From positions 1 through 46,196 of the forward strand of contig CAWJAC010000003.1 in assembly GCA_963840745.1 (NCBI GenBank): 46,196 nt of DNA, written 5' to 3'. The notes beneath the pieces are model-generated. The model had not been told where the DNA came from. It did no database searches and saw nothing but the letters and a program-made list of their open reading frames with translations. Origin of the DNA: Candidatus Zambryskiibacteriota bacterium. GTDB lineage: Bacteria; Patescibacteriota; Minisyncoccia; Phycocordibacterales; WO2-35-19. A program made the position numbers and the translations under genes. Numbering within the stretch: position 1 is the stretch's first letter; every line of letters starts with the position of its first letter. This document shows positions 45,397 through 46,196 of the stretch, in pieces.

Positions 45397-46196
45397 GTGT
45401 CTAAAAATTTTTATATAACAACCACTTTGCCTTACGTGAATGCCGATCCTCATATCGGATTTGCGATGGAGATAGTGAGAGCCGATGTAATCGCGCGAGC
45501 AAAAAAACTCGAAGGTTTTGAAGTGTTTTTTAATACCGGAACAGATGAACATGGGCAGAAACTATTTACCGAAGCTCAAAAAGTTGGTAAAGACGTCAAA
45601 GAATTTGTAGATAGCCATGCCGAAAAATTTCGCGGACTGATAAAACTGCTCCAGATTTCTCCGGATGTTAATTTTATAAGGACTACCGATGAACATCATG
45701 AGAAAGCGGCGCAGGAATTTTGGAAATTATGCGACAAGAATGGTTTTATTTATAAAAAAGCGTATAAAATAAAATACTGTGTTGGTTGTGAATTAGAAAA
45801 GACAGATTCAGAATTAGTCGATGGTAGATGCCCAATCCATCCGAATCTGGAGATAGAGTTTATAGACGAAGAAAATTATTTTTTTAAGTTTTCTGTTTTT
45901 CAAAAACAACTGCTCGATCTTTATAAAAAACAGCCGGATTTTGTAGTGCCTGATTTTCGCCTGAATGAAATAAAATCTTTTGTGGAAAGGGGATTGGAAG
46001 ATTTTTCCATTTCGCGGCTTAAGACCAAAATGTCTTGGGGTATACCTGTTCCAGGAGATGATGAACAGGTGATGTATGTATGGTTTGACGCTCTGGTAAA
46101 TTATATTTCTACTTTAGGATGGCCGGAAGATAAAAATAATTTTGAAAAATTCTGGATAGAAGGCAATCCGACTCAATATTGCGGCAAGGATAATCT
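45397..46196 (+). CDS. metG: Methionine--tRNA ligase, 5' part (runs off the window)
   Basis: Absent from the track because no stop lies inside the window. GTG at 45397 opens VSKNFYITTTLPYVNADPHIGFAMEIVRADVIAR...CVGCE...CPIHP...VWFDALVNYIS. The frame is open to nt 46196. Confidence 0.9.
   Translation, partial: MSKNFYITTTLPYVNADPHIGFAMEIVRADVIARAKKLEGFEVFFNTGTDEHGQKLFTEAQKVGKDVKEFVDSHAEKFRGLIKLLQISPDVNFIRTTDEHHEKAAQEFWKLCDKNGFIYKKAYKIKYCVGCELEKTDSELVDGRCPIHPNLEIEFIDEENYFFKFSVFQKQLLDLYKKQPDFVVPDFRLNEIKSFVERGLEDFSISRLKTKMSWGIPVPGDDEQVMYVWFDALVNYISTLGWPEDKNNFEKFWIEGNPTQYCGKDN

Overview
This is a low-GC bacterial chromosomal segment. By eye it is roughly one-third GC, and hand-counted 60-nt lines outside the islands give about 30-35%. 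It spans the replication-origin neighbourhood, with rpmH-rnpA-yidC divergent from dnaA-dnaN. Small compact housekeeping proteins, tight gene packing, a PrgI/VirB4/TrbL-type secretion cluster and type IV pilus genes fit a reduced-genome Patescibacteria/CPR (Parcubacteria-like) organism; that assignment is inference only. UGA is used as a stop codon, so the standard code 11 applies.

Content from left to right:
- A roughly 10-kb T4SS-like cluster: TrbL/VirB6-like, an inserted AAA+ ATPase, PrgI, a VirB4 N-domain-like protein, VirB4, membrane and secreted proteins, a T4SS-pilin-like protein with an M15/LAS-like C-terminal domain, and a beta-propeller protein.
- yidC, rnpA, rpmH, dnaA, a putative oriC, dnaN, PBP1A and tyrS.
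- ruvC, yebC and ruvB, followed by a roughly 158-nt structured element and a PilB/GspE ATPase.
- A compositionally foreign GC-rich lipoprotein cassette, then tsaE and polA.
- A sigma factor with a membrane partner, tRNA-Lys, DoxX, TrmH, an LTD protein, mutM and a Mur ligase.
- ruvA, rpsT, tRNA-Arg(GCG), a tRNA-binding protein and ruvX.
- pilMNO, tRNA-Arg(UCU), tRNA-Val and an RluA-family synthase.
- An IleRS carrying an embedded histidine-phosphatase-like domain.
- recO, a large Ig-like-repeat protein, glyQS, an AI-2E transporter and the 5' part of metG.

Most notable observations:
- The phosphatase-like insertion inside ileS.
- The structured RNA or MITE-like element upstream of ruvB.
- The self-contained GC-rich lipoprotein cassette.
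- The pilin-peptidase fusion.
- At least 11 single-nucleotide frame breaks, several at A-runs, including breaks in the essential tyrS gene. This looks more like indel error in the assembly than gene decay.

No CRISPR array, integrase, transposase or rRNA gene was seen.
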